NCBI GenBank assembly: GCA_964016885.1
Contig: OZ024743.1
Span: forward strand, 209,436,001 to 209,500,000
Direction of reading: 5' to 3'
DNA: 64,000 nucleotides
From: Eledone cirrhosa
Taxonomy: Eukaryota
The translations under genes were made by a program, and so were the position numbers. Below the pieces are notes generated by a model, which searched no databases, was not told where the DNA came from, and worked only from the letters and a program-made list of their open reading frames with translations. Below are positions 62,761 to 64,000 of the stretch, one piece after another (the stretch's first letter is position 1; every line of letters begins with the position of its first letter).

Positions 62761-64000
62761 ACAGTTTACCATCCTATAGCCACACATGAGAGCTCTTCAC
62801 TCCATAAAATATACCACAGTTTACCATCCTATAGCCACACATGAGAGCTCTTCACTCCATAAGATATACCACAGTTTACCATCATATAGCCACACATGAG
62901 AGCTCTTCACTCCATAAGATATACCACAGTTTACCATCCTATAGCCACACATGAGAGCTCTTTACTCCATAAGATATACCACAGTTTACCATCCTATAGC
63001 CACACATGAGAGCTCTTCACTCCATAAGATATACCACAGTTTACCATGCTATGGCCACACATGAAAGCTCTTCACTCCATAAGATATACCACTGTTTACC
63101 ATCCTATGGCCACACATGAAAGCTCTTCACTCCATAAGATATACCACAGTTTACAATCCTATGGCCACACATGAAAGCTCTTCACTCCATAATATATTTC
63201 ACAGTTTACCATCCTATAGCCACACATAAGAACTCTTCACTCCATAAGATATACCACTGTTTACCATCCTATGGCCACACATGAAAGCTCTTCACTCCAT
63301 AAGATATACCACTGTTTACCATCCTATGGCCACACATGAAAGCTTTTCACTCCATAAGATATACCACAGTTTACCATCCTATAGCCACACATGAAAGCTC
63401 TTCACTCCATAAGATATACCACTGTTTACCATCCTATGGCCACACATGAAAGCTCTTCACTCCATAAGATATACCACAGTTTACCATCCTATAGCCAGAT
63501 GAAAGCTCTTCACTCCATAAAATATACCACAGTTTACCATCCTATAGCCACAGATGAAAGCTCTTCACTCCATAAGATATACCACTGTTTACCATCCTAT
63601 GGCCACACATGAAAGCTTTTCACTCCATAAGATATACCACAGTTTACCATCCTATAGCCACACATGAAAGCTCTTCACTCCATAAGATATACCACTGTTT
63701 ACCATCCTATGGCCACACTTGAAAGCTCTTCACTCCATAAGATATACCACAGTTTACCATCCTATAGCCAGATGAAAGCTCTTCACTCCATAAGATATAC
63801 CACAGTTTACCACCCTATGGCCACAGATGAAAGCTCTTCACTCCATGAGATATACCACAGTTTACCATCCTATAGCCACGCCACGGATGAAAGCTCTTCA
63901 CTCCATAAGATATACCACAGTTTACAATCCTATAGCCACAGATGAAAGCTCTTCACTCAATAAGATATACCACAGTTTACCATCCTATGGCCACAGATGA
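62130..64000 (+). repeat. Further copy of the about 52800-54600 sub-block, truncated by the window end
   Basis: 53989/54262 recur at 63391/63664 (+9402) and 60808/61081 recur there at +2583. Shared variants: aatatatttcacag, aaagcttttcac, cactcaataag. Confidence 0.8.

Larger units (their letters stand above)
1..64000 (+). repeat. Tandem satellite DNA array, 55-bp monomer with 53-bp and 60-bp variants, about 1,160 copies, single orientation, running to both window edges
   Basis: The unit ATGAAAGCTCTTCACTCCATAAGATATACCACAGTTTACCATCCTATAGCCACAC/G (55 nt) repeats continuously from first to last base, typically with 0-4 substitutions per monomer. No non-monomer sequence seen. Copy number is estimated as 64000/55. 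Confidence 0.99.

Noticed and set aside
463-63945. Many 60-135 aa plus-strand ORFs (MKALHSIRYTTVYHPIAT.../HESSSLHKIYHSLPSYS...), suggesting a repetitive peptide gene family or precursor array
   Set aside because: They follow from the repeat arithmetic. Each monomer starts with ATG, and two 55-mers read open before a TGA. A 53-mer (55+53=108 nt) or a 60-mer keeps the frame open, giving the stereotyped 73/93/113 aa lengths. The dominant unit is not a multiple of 3, stop-creating variants are common, and there is no unique flanking or regulatory sequence.
1-64000. CRISPR array or other repeat-spacer system
   Set aside because: There are no unique spacers: the entire 55 bp is conserved between units. 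No leader or cas gene is present.
1-64000. Tandem tRNA, 5S, snRNA or spliced-leader RNA gene array, or telomeric repeat
   Set aside because: I saw no cloverleaf, Pol III A/B boxes, oligo-T terminator, Sm site or short G-rich telomeric unit. The monomer has only a 4-bp dyad.
1-64000. Embedded transposon, inversion or unique island within the array
   Set aside because: None seen on reading through. Every segment is assignable to the monomer in the same orientation, though a very short insertion could have been missed by eye.

Overview
The whole 64 kb window is one uninterrupted, head-to-tail tandem satellite array in a single orientation. It holds roughly 1,150-1,170 copies of a 55-bp monomer, consensus ATGAAAGCTCTTCACTCCATAAGATATACCACAGTTTACCATCCTATAGCCACA(C/G), about 40% GC, with a strong C-over-G skew on the + strand. 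Two recurrent length variants (53 bp and 60 bp) both arise at the GCCAC junction. I saw no unique sequence, transposon insertion, inversion, RNA gene or credible protein-coding gene. Every ORF in the track can be explained by reading through 55/53/60-bp monomers. The informative signal is the arrangement of monomer variants: conserved ordered cassettes, nested kb-scale duplications (offsets about 3.5, 4.85 and 7.3 kb) that differ by whole-monomer indels, and a change in variant repertoire near 32 kb. It resembles eukaryotic heterochromatic or (peri)centromeric satellite DNA, but I cannot identify the organism or family. I found no support for a novel gene system. Block boundaries were estimated by eye and are approximate.
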